A program made the position numbers and the translations under genes. Shown in pieces: positions 29,213-38,698 of a DNA stretch of 61,563 nt. This DNA is from a virus (taxonomy: Duplodnaviria > Caudoviricetes): the IMG/VR virus record IMGVR_UViG_3300044678_000872, positions 1 through 61,563 of that record; one strand, 5' to 3'. Every line of letters begins with the position of its first letter. Position 1 is the stretch's first letter. The notes under the pieces were generated by a model that worked only from the letters and a program-made list of their open reading frames with translations, made no database searches and was not told the DNA's origin.

Positions 29213-30220
29213 ATGAAAACAATAGAAATAGAAGATTTCTTATCTCAATTAAATCCTGAGTTAAGGAAAAGAGTTAGCAATGCAACAGATATAGAAGTTC
29301 ATAAACAAAAAACACCAAGTATAAGTCTTAACAATGCACTTAAGGGTGGCTTTGCATACGGTAGACAGGTTTTAGTTTGGGGTAATAAGTCTGCTGGTAA
29401 GTCTTCTTTTTGTTTACAAATGATTGGTGAAGCACAAAAAGAAGGAAAGTTATGTGCATGGATAGATGCTGAGCAATCTTTTGATCCAGAGTGGGCTAAA
29501 AAACTTGGCGTAGATACAGATAAATTAGTATACTCTGCTGCAAGAACTATTAATGATATGGTAGATGTTGCTACTCAATTAATGAAAGCAAAGGTAGACA
29601 TTATAATAGTAGATTCTATATCTGCATTATTACCTGCTATATATTTTGAAAAAGATTCTGATGAACTAAAGGCTTTAGAAAACACTAAACAAATAGGTGC
29701 AGAAGCCAAAGATATGACTAATGCTGTAAAGATGCTTAACTATGCAAATAATCAAGATGGTCAAACATTGTTGGTACTAATTTCACAATTAAGAAATAAC
29801 ATTGGTGCGATGTATGCATCTCATATGCCAACAGGTGGTTTAGCCGTTAAGTTTTTCTCTAGCACTGTAGTAAAACTATGGTCAAGTGACTCTGATAACA
29901 ATGCGTTAAAGTCAAAGATTACAGTAGGAGATAAATTAATTGAAGGCAAGGTTGGTAGAAAAGTTAACTGGCACATTGATTTTAATAAAACTGGACCAGG
30001 ATTTCTTGCTGGAGAATATGATTTTTATTTTGATGGAGATACCATCGGGGTAGATAAGGTAGCAGATCTTGTAGACACTGCAGAACTTTTAGGCATTATT
30101 GAAAAAGGTGGGGCTTGGTATACAGTTCTTGGTGAAAGACTACAGGGCAGAGCAAAGGTAATTGAATACCTAAAAGACAATCCAGAGAAATTAAAAGAAC
30201 TTGAATCAACAATTAAATAA
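29213..30220 (+). CDS. recA: RecA-family recombinase
   Basis: GNKSAGKSS, WIDAEQSFD, IIVDSISAL, ISQLR, IEKGGAWY. Confidence 0.93.
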   Translation: MKTIEIEDFLSQLNPELRKRVSNATDIEVHKQKTPSISLNNALKGGFAYGRQVLVWGNKSAGKSSFCLQMIGEAQKEGKLCAWIDAEQSFDPEWAKKLGVDTDKLVYSAARTINDMVDVATQLMKAKVDIIIVDSISALLPAIYFEKDSDELKALENTKQIGAEAKDMTNAVKMLNYANNQDGQTLLVLISQLRNNIGAMYASHMPTGGLAVKFFSSTVVKLWSSDSDNNALKSKITVGDKLIEGKVGRKVNWHIDFNKTGPGFLAGEYDFYFDGDTIGVDKVADLVDTAELLGIIEKGGAWYTVLGERLQGRAKVIEYLKDNPEKLKELESTIK

Positions 30221-30371
30221 CAAATATACTTTATATCCTGGTAAGTTTATTTGCCATACATGTAAAGCAATAGCAGCAACAGCAAGGATGTATAAAGAAA
30301 CACAAGAGTTAACGTGGATGTGTGCTGAAAAGCATTTGTCTAAAGTTTCTTTTAACGTAAGAGGATATTGA
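30201..30371 (+). CDS. Small zinc-binding protein (not in the ORF track)
   Basis: 56 aa MNQQLNNKYTLYPGKFICHTCK...WMCAEKHLSKV; fills the gap, TGATG coupling to the next gene; start uncertain. Confidence 0.65.
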   Translation: MNQQLNNKYTLYPGKFICHTCKAIAATARMYKETQELTWMCAEKHLSKVSFNVRGY

Positions 30372-30673
30372 TGAGTGAGCGTAGCGAGTTAAAGCGAATC
30401 GGTGCTAAACCACATGTCAATTCAGGTAGAGGACCAGTCAAGGCTGATGGATCATTGGATGACTTCGTTGTAGATGTCAAGGAATATTCCAAATCCTATT
30501 CTGTCAGCCAAGACTCTTGGGCTAAGATTGTATCAGACACAATGAAAGTAGATAGAAAAAAGGATCCAGCACTTATGGTAGTTTTAGGCGAAGGAAATAA
30601 AAAAGTTCGTCTTGCTATAATAGAGTGGGAAGTATTCGAACAGTTGAGAGAGAGCAATGGAAACAACAGTTGA
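30371..30673 (+). CDS. PD-(D/E)xK nuclease, Holliday junction resolvase-like
   Basis: E...NSGRG..KADG...VDVKE motif. Confidence 0.65.
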   Translation: MSERSELKRIGAKPHVNSGRGPVKADGSLDDFVVDVKEYSKSYSVSQDSWAKIVSDTMKVDRKKDPALMVVLGEGNKKVRLAIIEWEVFEQLRESNGNNS

Positions 30674-30968
30674 TATATTAAATAAAGTATCTGTGTTAAA
30701 TGACATTTCTGAATATATGAAAGACGAAGAGTTAACTAATGCATTAGTAGTAGTTGCTAAATTAATTTCAAACCCAGATATCCCTCCAGCAAAGGCTACA
30801 TTATTAATAACTCAGTTACAAGCATATTCTGCAAAGTTTGGAATGCTTGCATCTTGGTACTCTCATGTAAAAAAAGATGAAAGAGTAAAGAAAAATTTAT
30901 ATTATTCTGCTAGAGAAGCAATAGATAAACTAGTTGATGCTCTTAAATATAGTGTAAGGACTTACTAA
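30657..30968 (+). CDS. Hypothetical helical protein
   Basis: ORF in the operon with typical codon use. Confidence 0.65.
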   Translation: METTVDILNKVSVLNDISEYMKDEELTNALVVVAKLISNPDIPPAKATLLITQLQAYSAKFGMLASWYSHVKKDERVKKNLYYSAREAIDKLVDALKYSVRTY

Positions 30969-31744
30969 TGAGTAAAAGGCTGGTAAATAAAATTAATACA
31001 AAAGATTCAAATTCAATAAATATAAACTCTAATGATATTATTAAAAAAATACATGAGGGGTATGAGGCTCAAAGCAAAATAAAAGATGGAGTAAGAGTAA
31101 GAAAAGGATTTACAGCATCTGGATTAACTTATGGTGCTGGTCATTGTCCAAGAATGTGGTACTTGTGGTTTGAGGGAAATGAAGCAAAATCAAATAATGA
31201 CTGGTATTCAGTAGCAAACATGGACTCTGGAAACGATAGACATACTAGAATTCAAGAGGCTATGGATACTGCAGGTATCTTGATTACAAAAGAAGCGATA
31301 TTAAAAAACGAAGATCCAGTTATATCTATGAGGACAGATGCAATAATAAAGTGGGAAGATCAAGAAATTCTTACTGAAATTAAAACTATGTCTGAAGATT
31401 CATTTCAAAGAGCATATAAGCCTAGAAGATATCATATAGAACAATTATTAATCTATATGCGGGTAATGAGAAAAACATTTGCATACTTAATATATGAATC
31501 AAAGAATAGCCATGAGATGAAGTTTTTTGATATTCATATAAATCAAAAATATAAAGACTTTACTAATTACTTATGGGACTGGATGAAAAAAGTTCAAAAG
31601 GCTTTTGATGATCAAACCCTTCCTGAAAATCCTTATAGAAATAAATATAACTCAAAGGTTTGTAAGTCATGTGATTTTTTTGAAGCATGTCAAACTAAGC
31701 CTGAAGGTGTTATTAAAATTGAGGCTAGGAAAGAACTTGAATGA
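30968..31744 (+). CDS. Cas4-like PD-(D/E)xK exonuclease
   Basis: CPRMWY, G..RH, D..EIKT, QLLIY, C-terminal CKSCDFFEAC Fe-S ligands. Confidence 0.8.
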   Translation: MSKRLVNKINTKDSNSININSNDIIKKIHEGYEAQSKIKDGVRVRKGFTASGLTYGAGHCPRMWYLWFEGNEAKSNNDWYSVANMDSGNDRHTRIQEAMDTAGILITKEAILKNEDPVISMRTDAIIKWEDQEILTEIKTMSEDSFQRAYKPRRYHIEQLLIYMRVMRKTFAYLIYESKNSHEMKFFDIHINQKYKDFTNYLWDWMKKVQKAFDDQTLPENPYRNKYNSKVCKSCDFFEACQTKPEGVIKIEARKELE

Positions 31745-32034
31745 TAAAGATATGCCAGTGGTGCGAAAAGGAGTTTAAGTCTGTTAGCAAAAATCAGATT
31801 TATTGTAAATCAGAATGTCGCATTGAGTCAACTAAACAAAAAATTACTCAAAGATATCAAACCTCTAAGTTTAAAAATAGAATTGGTAAAGAAAGAAGAT
31901 GTGCTGGAGGTTGTGATACTTTGTTAAGTGTTTACAATGATGCTGGTTTTTGTGATAACTGTTTGGTAAATAACAAGAAGGTAGACAAATTTATAAAAGA
32001 CATAAAGGATTATTTTGATTATGAAAAAAAATAA
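31741..32034 (+). CDS. Cys-rich zinc-finger protein
   Basis: CQWC, YCKSEC, CAGGC, CDNC. Confidence 0.7.
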   Translation: MIKICQWCEKEFKSVSKNQIYCKSECRIESTKQKITQRYQTSKFKNRIGKERRCAGGCDTLLSVYNDAGFCDNCLVNNKKVDKFIKDIKDYFDYEKK

Positions 32035-32629
32035 ACTTTTATATGTTGGACATCCTAAAAGTATTTTAGCAATAGATGCCTCTACTAACTCTATGGCTTT
32101 CTCTGTTTATGTAGAAAAAAAGTTAGTTAAGTTTGGAAAGATTAACTTTCATGGTAATCATGTTTATGAAAAAGCAGGGGATGCATGCAAAAAACTTATA
32201 CCTTTTCTAAAAGATTTTGATGTAGAAGCAGTTGTTATTGAGTCTGCAATATATACAAACTCACAAAAAACCGCTATGTACTTGGCTTTAGTTCAAGGAG
32301 CAATTATTGGATCAGTACAAGTTTATGGAAATAGAAATGTTGTTTCTTGTTCTCCTGTTGCTTGGCAAAATTGGATTGGAAATAAAAAGTTAAGTAAAGA
32401 AGAAAAACAAGTTATTAGGAATGCTAGCCCTGATCATTCATTTTCTTGGTATAAACAAAAAGAAAGAGAGTTCAGAAAAGCAAGAACTATAAAATATGTA
32501 AACATAAATTTTGATATAAATACAGATGATGATGATGTTGCTGATGCTATAGCAATAGGTTGGTATGCAACTAATAATTGGAATAAACTAGTAAATGAAC
32601 CTAAAAACATTGACAAGGCTCAGGGTTAG
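32021..32629 (+). CDS. RuvC-like Holliday junction resolvase
   Basis: ILAIDAST, VVIES, DDVADAIAIG. Confidence 0.85.
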   Translation: MKKNKLLYVGHPKSILAIDASTNSMAFSVYVEKKLVKFGKINFHGNHVYEKAGDACKKLIPFLKDFDVEAVVIESAIYTNSQKTAMYLALVQGAIIGSVQVYGNRNVVSCSPVAWQNWIGNKKLSKEEKQVIRNASPDHSFSWYKQKEREFRKARTIKYVNINFDINTDDDDVADAIAIGWYATNNWNKLVNEPKNIDKAQG

Positions 32630-32636
32630 TGATAGA

Positions 32637-32789
32637 ATGAAACTGTATACAAATAAGGCTTGGCTAACTAAAAGGGTTATAAATGATAAAAAGACTCCTG
32701 AAGATATTGCAAAAGAATGCGGATGCAGTACAGAGACTATCTATGTATACATGGCAAAATTTAATATTAAAAAAACGAAGAGGAAATAA
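32637..32789 (+). CDS. Small HTH DNA-binding protein
   Basis: KTPEDIAKECGCSTETIYVYMAKFNI; ATG 32637 preferred. Confidence 0.65.
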   Translation: MKLYTNKAWLTKRVINDKKTPEDIAKECGCSTETIYVYMAKFNIKKTKRK

Positions 32790-33124
32790 TGGCTGAGTAT
32801 AAGACTCCAAACTTTGAAAAAGAACTAGAAGATAGAATGAAGTTTATTCGTGATATCTCAACCCAAGCACCTGCGGGTAGAAAGATCTTGGATGAATGTT
32901 TAGATATAGCAGAACTACTTATTAAAAAGAATCAATCATATGGTAGTTCATATAGCCATCCTATAAATATATTTAGTAAGTCTACCCCAAAAGAACAGAT
33001 ATTTATTCGTATTGATGATAAACTTAATAGAATACACAAGGGCAAAGAGTATGCTTCTGAAGATACTATTTTAGATCTTATTGGATACCTTGTATTATTA
33101 AGGACATTAGATGACAACAGATGA
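32789..33124 (+). CDS. Nucleotide-modification-associated domain 1 (DUF1599-like) all-alpha protein
   Basis: KKNQSYG, RIDDKLNRI, EDTILDLIGYLVL. Confidence 0.75.
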   Translation: MAEYKTPNFEKELEDRMKFIRDISTQAPAGRKILDECLDIAELLIKKNQSYGSSYSHPINIFSKSTPKEQIFIRIDDKLNRIHKGKEYASEDTILDLIGYLVLLRTLDDNR

Positions 33125-33629
33125 TTTAGTAAAACACTTAGACCTTGTAAACCAAGTTGCTTCTGAGTACTTAAAAGGTTTTGATGCTTCTCAAATTTCA
33201 AACACCTTGGATATTCCACGCCCAAGAGTTATGGCACTGCTTAACGATTGGCGTTCTTTAGTTTCAAATAATCAAGCCATTCATGCAAGAGCAAAAGAAG
33301 CACTTGCTGGAGCAGATCAACACTACTCATCTTTAATTAGAAAAACATATGAAGTTATAGATGCCGCAGACTCTACTGCAAATCTAACAGCAAAAACAAC
33401 CGCTATCAAACTGATAGCAGATATTGAAAGTAAAAGACTTGAGATGCTGCAAAAAGCGGGGTTGTTAGATAATAAAGAAATAGCAGAACAAATTATTGAA
33501 ATGGAAAGAAAGCACGACATATTAATTAAAATACTAAAAGATATTGCTTCATCTCATCCTGAAATAAGGGAAGAAATTGTAAAAAGACTTTCAGAGATTC
33601 AAACTGAGGTGATTGTAATTGACAATTGA
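33111..33629 (+). CDS. Terminase small subunit (putative)
   Basis: N-terminal HTH plus coiled coil, directly upstream of the large subunit. Confidence 0.55.
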   Translation: MTTDDLVKHLDLVNQVASEYLKGFDASQISNTLDIPRPRVMALLNDWRSLVSNNQAIHARAKEALAGADQHYSSLIRKTYEVIDAADSTANLTAKTTAIKLIADIESKRLEMLQKAGLLDNKEIAEQIIEMERKHDILIKILKDIASSHPEIREEIVKRLSEIQTEVIVIDN

Positions 33630-35391
33630 TTTTAGTGATTTTATAGAAGCATTGGATGAAAGTCCTTTTTTAGAAAACCCAGTAGATGTTAGAACATTTG
33701 TTACAGGTAAAGATTATTTAAATCAACCAGAGTTATCTGAATATCAATATACTCTTGTAGAATGTATGAGCCAAATATATAAAGAAGAAGATGTTGAAAG
33801 ATGGTTGGGTAAAGAAGAAGGAAAAGATCATTATAAAAAATATACTAAGCAAGAAGTTATTCTTATGTGTGGAAAAGGTAGTGGTAAAGATCATACTTCT
33901 ACTATTGGTTGTGCTTATATTGTATATAAACTATTATGTTTAAAAGATCCATCAAGATATTTTGGCAAGCCATCTAACGATGCTATAGATTTGATTAACG
34001 TAGCGGTAAACGCTCAACAAGCGAAGAACGTATTCTTTAAAGGCTTTAAATCAAAGATTGAAGGATCTCCTTGGTTTGCTGGAAAGTATGAAGCAAAGGT
34101 AGATAATATAGAATTTAATAAATCAATTACAGTTTACTCTGGACATTCTGAGCGTGAATCAGCAGAAGGATTAAACTTAATTTTAGCAGTACTAGATGAA
34201 ATCTCTGGATTTTCAATGGAAACTTCTTCAGGAAATGATCAGGGTAAGACAGCAGATAACTTATATAAAGCATTTAGAGGATCTGTAGATTCACGTTTTC
34301 CAGATTTTGGTAAAGTAATACTATTATCTTTTCCTAGATTTAAAGGTGATTTTATTTCTCAAAGATATGAAGATGTGGTTGCAGAGAAAGAAACTACATT
34401 AAGAACTTATGAGTTTACAATAAACCCACTACTTAGCGATGATGATACAAATAATAAGTTTCAAATAGAATGGGATGAAGATCATATCATATCTTATAAG
34501 TACCCTGGAGTTTTTGCTTTACGTAGACCAACGTGGGAAATGAATCCAACTAGAAAAATTGAAGATTTTAAATTAGCATTTTTTACAGATCCTTCAGATG
34601 CTTTAATGCGTTTTGCCTGTATGCCAACAGTTTCATCAGATGCATTTTTTAAATCAAGAGAGAAAATAGAAAAAGGTTTGTCTAATAGAAACCCATTAGA
34701 TAGCGTTAGAAGATTTGATATTAACTTTAAACCAAATCCAGATACAGTTTATTATGTTCACGCAGATCTTGCACAAAAGCATGATAAGTGTGCAGTTGCA
34801 ATAAGCCATGTTGATAAGTGGGTAAGTGTACAATCTTTTAATGACTATGAACAAATTGTTCCATTTGTTGTAGTAGATGCTATTGCTTGGTGGGAGCCAC
34901 ATCGTGAAGGACCAGTAGACTTAAGTGAAGTAAAGAATTGGATTATAGATTTAAGAAGACAAGGATTTAATTTAGGATTAGTAACTTTTGATCGTTGGCA
35001 ATCATTTGATATCCAACAAGAATTAAAGCAGGTAGGGATAAAGACTGAAACTTTATCTGTAGCGAAGAAACATTATGAAGATTTAACTATGTTGTTTTAT
35101 GAAGAAAGATTAGTAGCCCCACATATAGATATATTATTAGAAGAATTATTAGAACTTAGAATTATAGGAAATAGGGTAGATCATCCTCGTAAAAAATCAA
35201 AAGACTTGGCTGATGCTATGTGTGGATCAGTTTATAACTCTATATCAAATACAGAAAGAAATAGAATTAAAGAAATAGATATTCATACTTGGTCTCAGGG
35301 CGGTACAGACTCAGACAATGCAGATGATTTTTTTCCAGATAAGATTAAAGGTAGTTCCTTAGATTGGAACGGAGGGTACCGTCTTGTCTGA
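33619..35391 (+). CDS. terL: Terminase large subunit
   Basis: Walker A GKGSGKD, Walker B AVLDE, LSFPR, nuclease HADLA..D, DHP..SKDLADA. Confidence 0.93.
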   Translation: MTIDFSDFIEALDESPFLENPVDVRTFVTGKDYLNQPELSEYQYTLVECMSQIYKEEDVERWLGKEEGKDHYKKYTKQEVILMCGKGSGKDHTSTIGCAYIVYKLLCLKDPSRYFGKPSNDAIDLINVAVNAQQAKNVFFKGFKSKIEGSPWFAGKYEAKVDNIEFNKSITVYSGHSERESAEGLNLILAVLDEISGFSMETSSGNDQGKTADNLYKAFRGSVDSRFPDFGKVILLSFPRFKGDFISQRYEDVVAEKETTLRTYEFTINPLLSDDDTNNKFQIEWDEDHIISYKYPGVFALRRPTWEMNPTRKIEDFKLAFFTDPSDALMRFACMPTVSSDAFFKSREKIEKGLSNRNPLDSVRRFDINFKPNPDTVYYVHADLAQKHDKCAVAISHVDKWVSVQSFNDYEQIVPFVVVDAIAWWEPHREGPVDLSEVKNWIIDLRRQGFNLGLVTFDRWQSFDIQQELKQVGIKTETLSVAKKHYEDLTMLFYEERLVAPHIDILLEELLELRIIGNRVDHPRKKSKDLADAMCGSVYNSISNTERNRIKEIDIHTWSQGGTDSDNADDFFPDKIKGSSLDWNGGYRLV

Positions 35392-35734
35392 TGAAGAAGA
35401 TTTAAGCGATATCATTTTAAAACTAATAGAAATGGGTGCATTAGAAGTTAGAGGATATGATGATGTAAGCAATCAGTTTATTTATAATCTAACCCCCCAG
35501 TGTCAAGAGTTAATGCCAGAGTTATTTGATGAACACTTTAAGATGATTAATGAACTAGCCTTCAAATTATGGTCAAAGGAACTAATAGAAATGACCTTTG
35601 ATAAAAACGGTATTCCAATGGTTATGCCTAAAGATATAGAACATACAAGATCTATTATGTATACCCTGCCAGATGAAGAAAGATTCTTTCTAGAGAACCT
35701 TATAAATAAGTATGAAAAAGACATGAAAGAATAG
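35384..35734 (+). CDS. Hypothetical protein
   Basis: SD GGAGG; acidic ORF. Confidence 0.65.
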   Translation: MSDEEDLSDIILKLIEMGALEVRGYDDVSNQFIYNLTPQCQELMPELFDEHFKMINELAFKLWSKELIEMTFDKNGIPMVMPKDIEHTRSIMYTLPDEERFFLENLINKYEKDMKE

Positions 35735-35749
35735 TGATATAATTTTATT

Positions 35750-36652
35750 ATGCCTTACGATATTATAAGAAATGGTCCAGGATGCAATGGCGGCTATGCC
35801 GTTGTAGGACCTTCAGGTGCACTTGGGTGCCATAAAACAAGAGGCTCTGCTATTCAACAACAACGTGCTTTATATGCAGCAGAAGCAGATAGTAAAAAAG
35901 TTGTAAAAGCAGAAGAGTGGGAAGGTAAGCCACTATACGATGAATTGTCAGATGCAGAAAGAATGCTTGCAGATTCATTATTAAAGTTAGCACAAGAGGC
36001 AGGACCTCTTGATAAAGCAGAAGGAATTTGGGTTGGCTATGTAGATGGTGAAAATAATGAAAATAATTCCATAGGAGTAAACTGTGGAAACTGTGCACTA
36101 CATAAATCATCAGTTGCTTGTGCAATATTAGAAATGCCAATTGAAGAAGAAGGTGCCTGCAGATTTGCAGTAATACCAGATGGATATGTCACCGTAGGAA
36201 ACGATAACTCAGATGACATGAACGATGATTTTGATATGTCAAAGGCTTCACTTGCAGATTTAGATTTAAGACCAACAGACTCAATGGCAAACAATGCTCG
36301 TAGAGGTTTAGAATTAAGAAGAAAATTTGGTCGTGGCGGTACAGCAGTTGGAGTTGCTCGTGCTCGTGATCTTATGAATAAAAATAAATTAAGTCCAAGT
36401 ACAGTACTAAGAATGTATTCTTTCTTTTCTCGTCACGAAGTAGACAAGCAAGGTAAAGATTGGAACAACTCAGAAAGACCATCTAATGGAAAAATTGCTT
36501 GGCTTCTATGGGGTGGCGATTCAGGATACGCATGGGCTACATCAAAAAGAAATGCAATTATGAGAATCAGATCACAAAAATCTGATGGTGTTTGGATAGA
36601 TTCTCCATTTAGTTTACAAAAATATATTGACAAAACCGACTTTGAACTGTAG
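35750..36652 (+). CDS. Multidomain head-associated protein with a central Cys4 (HiPIP-like) domain
   Basis: N-terminal GCHKT..AIQQQRALYA; CGNC..C..C; C-terminal GGTAVGVARARDL/RMYSFFSRHE/IAWLLWGG; leaderless promoter at 35735-35743. Confidence 0.6.
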   Translation: MPYDIIRNGPGCNGGYAVVGPSGALGCHKTRGSAIQQQRALYAAEADSKKVVKAEEWEGKPLYDELSDAERMLADSLLKLAQEAGPLDKAEGIWVGYVDGENNENNSIGVNCGNCALHKSSVACAILEMPIEEEGACRFAVIPDGYVTVGNDNSDDMNDDFDMSKASLADLDLRPTDSMANNARRGLELRRKFGRGGTAVGVARARDLMNKNKLSPSTVLRMYSFFSRHEVDKQGKDWNNSERPSNGKIAWLLWGGDSGYAWATSKRNAIMRIRSQKSDGVWIDSPFSLQKYIDKTDFEL

Positions 36653-36655
36653 AAT
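36627..36655 (+). promoter_or_regulatory. Sigma70-type promoter
   Basis: TTGACA-17-TAGAAT with extended TG. Confidence 0.7.
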
Positions 36656-36676
36656 AGAATAGTCGAAAGGTTAGTG

Positions 36677-36817
36677 ATGAATAGTGAAAAATCTGTTGAG
36701 GTTTTACAATCTTTGCTTCAGTATTATCGTGCAAAGTGCTCCCAACTTGAGTATGAGTTTCTTCTCTTCAAAGTTAATACCGAACTTAAACTTAAAGAAT
36801 CAAAAACCAAAGAATAA
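36677..36817 (+). CDS. Small coiled-coil protein (not in the ORF track)
   Basis: 46 aa MNSEKSVEVLQSLLQYYRAKCSQLEYEFLLFK...; SD GAAAGG, downstream of the promoter. Confidence 0.65.
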   Translation: MNSEKSVEVLQSLLQYYRAKCSQLEYEFLLFKVNTELKLKESKTKE

Positions 36818-36836
36818 AAATAAAGGTAAATCTCAA

Positions 36837-37046
36837 ATGAAAAACTTAATAGATAAAGATAGTGTCAATGTTGCTATAGTAAATGATAAAGCATATTGGG
36901 TACACAACAATACATTCTATACTGCAGTAATAATGGAAAATGGAGAGATAGATGCAGACAATGCATCCCCTGTAGATGTTTTTACCGCTTCTAAAAAAGA
37001 GGCTAAAAATCTTTTAAAGATCCTAGATTCACTTAAAGAAAAATAA
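36837..37046 (+). CDS. Hypothetical protein, paralog of 37052..37324
   Basis: VNDKAYWVHNNTFY vs IDNKAYWMYNNKLY; start uncertain, ATG 36837 preferred. Confidence 0.6.
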   Translation: MKNLIDKDSVNVAIVNDKAYWVHNNTFYTAVIMENGEIDADNASPVDVFTASKKEAKNLLKILDSLKEK

Positions 37047-37051
37047 AATAC

Positions 37052-37324
37052 ATGTATTCTAACCCAATCTATTATGTCCTACTAGGCATATCCTTTATAA
37101 GTTTTTGTAGTTATATTTATAATGTCAGGGAAGCAAAGAAATTAAAAAATATTGAACTTATAGATGTAACAACCATTGACAACAAAGCATATTGGATGTA
37201 TAATAATAAGTTATACTGTGGAGACATTTATAATAACTCTATAAAAGGTAAAAGTGCTATAGAGATAGATACCTTTGGTATGAAGCCAAAAGACGTAGAA
37301 GAAATGGTCAGGAATTTTAAATGA
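37052..37324 (+). CDS. Membrane-anchored hypothetical protein
   Basis: N-terminal hydrophobic helix plus KAYW domain. Confidence 0.6.
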   Translation: MYSNPIYYVLLGISFISFCSYIYNVREAKKLKNIELIDVTTIDNKAYWMYNNKLYCGDIYNNSIKGKSAIEIDTFGMKPKDVEEMVRNFK

Positions 37325-37671
37325 TAATAGTTGTAGAGGGAACAAAAGGTTTCTCTGACTATGAAATTTTTATGAGAGCAATGGGCGTTGCTTTATCTAA
37401 TGCAGTTGTGAATAATGAGATTCAAGTATGGTCTGCAGGTCCTCATAAAATAAATAATTTTACTGCAGCATTTTGTAACTCATCTGAAAACTATTTAAAA
37501 CAAAAAGGATTTAAAGTTACTTTTTCAAAAACAAGTCCAGTTTGGATCGCTCAAAACTTGTCTTACGTTAATTACTTTGCTTTTTTCAGTTTACCTAAAG
37601 AATCATTATCCAGACTTGTGCAGCAAGCACAACAAGTAGAAAGTTGCGAAGTTGGAATTTTTAGATATTAG
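37321..37671 (+). CDS. SLOG/YspA-like protein (putative)
   Basis: MIIVVEGTKGFSDY N-terminus. Confidence 0.5.
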   Translation: MIIVVEGTKGFSDYEIFMRAMGVALSNAVVNNEIQVWSAGPHKINNFTAAFCNSSENYLKQKGFKVTFSKTSPVWIAQNLSYVNYFAFFSLPKESLSRLVQQAQQVESCEVGIFRY

Positions 37672-37954
37672 TCTTAACAATTGGTCTATTATAGTATTTT
37701 TCTTTTATGCAATATTTTTAATTTGTATGACCTTAGCAGTTTTTGGGGGTCGTGGAAATAGATTATTGTTTTCGTTTATAGTTATAACTTTTGTACTATA
37801 TAATACAACATTGTTTTTATATGGATTATCAACGTCACAAATAGGTTTTATTCTTATAGTAGTGTTTCAGTTTTTTCTTACCCTTCTTACTTTTATATAT
37901 TTAAATAATGATGTACCAGCACTAGGAGATAAGGGTTTTATTGATGAGGATTAA
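37652..37954 (+). CDS. Membrane protein with about three TM helices
   Basis: Three hydrophobic stretches. Confidence 0.6.
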   Translation: MEFLDISLNNWSIIVFFFYAIFLICMTLAVFGGRGNRLLFSFIVITFVLYNTTLFLYGLSTSQIGFILIVVFQFFLTLLTFIYLNNDVPALGDKGFIDED

Positions 37955-38165
37955 TGGTTTTAGTAAGATGGAAAGTATAGTAAAGTCTAATCCAGATCTT
38001 AGTTGGGATAACTGGTGCGTAGTTGTTGAAACAGAAGATGATGGGTACTATACTAAAAACGGAGTGTTTAAAGATAAAAAGTGGAAAAGTCAATATAGAT
38101 TTGAAATGGTGGATTACGGTGTGTGGGAAATTCCAGATAGGTTTCTAACACATGTACAAGTTTAA
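37944..38165 (+). CDS. Hypothetical protein
   Basis: ORF in the operon with a purine-rich leader. Confidence 0.6.
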   Translation: MRINGFSKMESIVKSNPDLSWDNWCVVVETEDDGYYTKNGVFKDKKWKSQYRFEMVDYGVWEIPDRFLTHVQV

Positions 38166-38433
38166 TGATAACGCACAGTGTCTTAATATGGACACAAATT
38201 TATTTTTTGATAAATACGAAGAAGATAAAAATGTATCTGTTGTTGTTGACGCATTGTGCGTTAGGTGTCCAGCACAAAGACAATGCCTTGCCTACGCAGT
38301 CAGTAACCAAGAATGGGGAGTTTGGGGTGGAGTTTATTTTGAGGGTGGAAAGATATCTAAAGAGTTTAATTCTCATAAAACAAAAGAAGACTGGTTTAAT
38401 GTTTGGTCTGGTATTGTAATGGATGCTAACTAA
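38152..38433 (+). CDS. whiB: WhiB-family Fe-S transcription factor
   Basis: AQC..D.NLFF...LCVRCPAQRQCL..A...EWGVWGG. Confidence 0.93.
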   Translation: MYKFNDNAQCLNMDTNLFFDKYEEDKNVSVVVDALCVRCPAQRQCLAYAVSNQEWGVWGGVYFEGGKISKEFNSHKTKEDWFNVWSGIVMDAN

Positions 38434-38678
38434 TGTATACATCACTAATGAAAAAAGCAGTTCGTTCTTTTAAAGTACCAAAAGATTTTAAGATAGACAT
38501 ACTTGACTATGATACCTTTCTTACGATACAATTTTATGAGAGCCAGTGGAAACATTACACTGACACAGAAAGATTTCAATGCATACAATACTTAAATAAA
38601 GTAAAGGGTGCATTGGAAAATCTAGGGGCAAAGGTTGCATTAGACCCTATCCTAGATGTAAAATATCCGAGCAAGTAG
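38433..38678 (+). CDS. Hypothetical protein
   Basis: Coupled to whiB (TAATG). Confidence 0.65.
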   Translation: MYTSLMKKAVRSFKVPKDFKIDILDYDTFLTIQFYESQWKHYTDTERFQCIQYLNKVKGALENLGAKVALDPILDVKYPSK

Positions 38679-38698
38679 AATCAGAGAGAGGTAAAAAT

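Noticed and set aside
30968-31744. Cas4 as evidence of a CRISPR-Cas system
   Set aside because: Solo Cas4-like nucleases are common in phage recombination modules; no other cas gene or array is visible
25919-35391. Inteins or introns in DnaE, RecA or terminase
   Set aside because: Lengths are normal, catalytic motifs are contiguous, and I saw no intein junction or homing endonuclease motifs
36684-36836. Tracked N-terminal extension of 36684..37046
   Set aside because: It overlaps a better-supported 46-aa ORF (36677..36817) that has an SD
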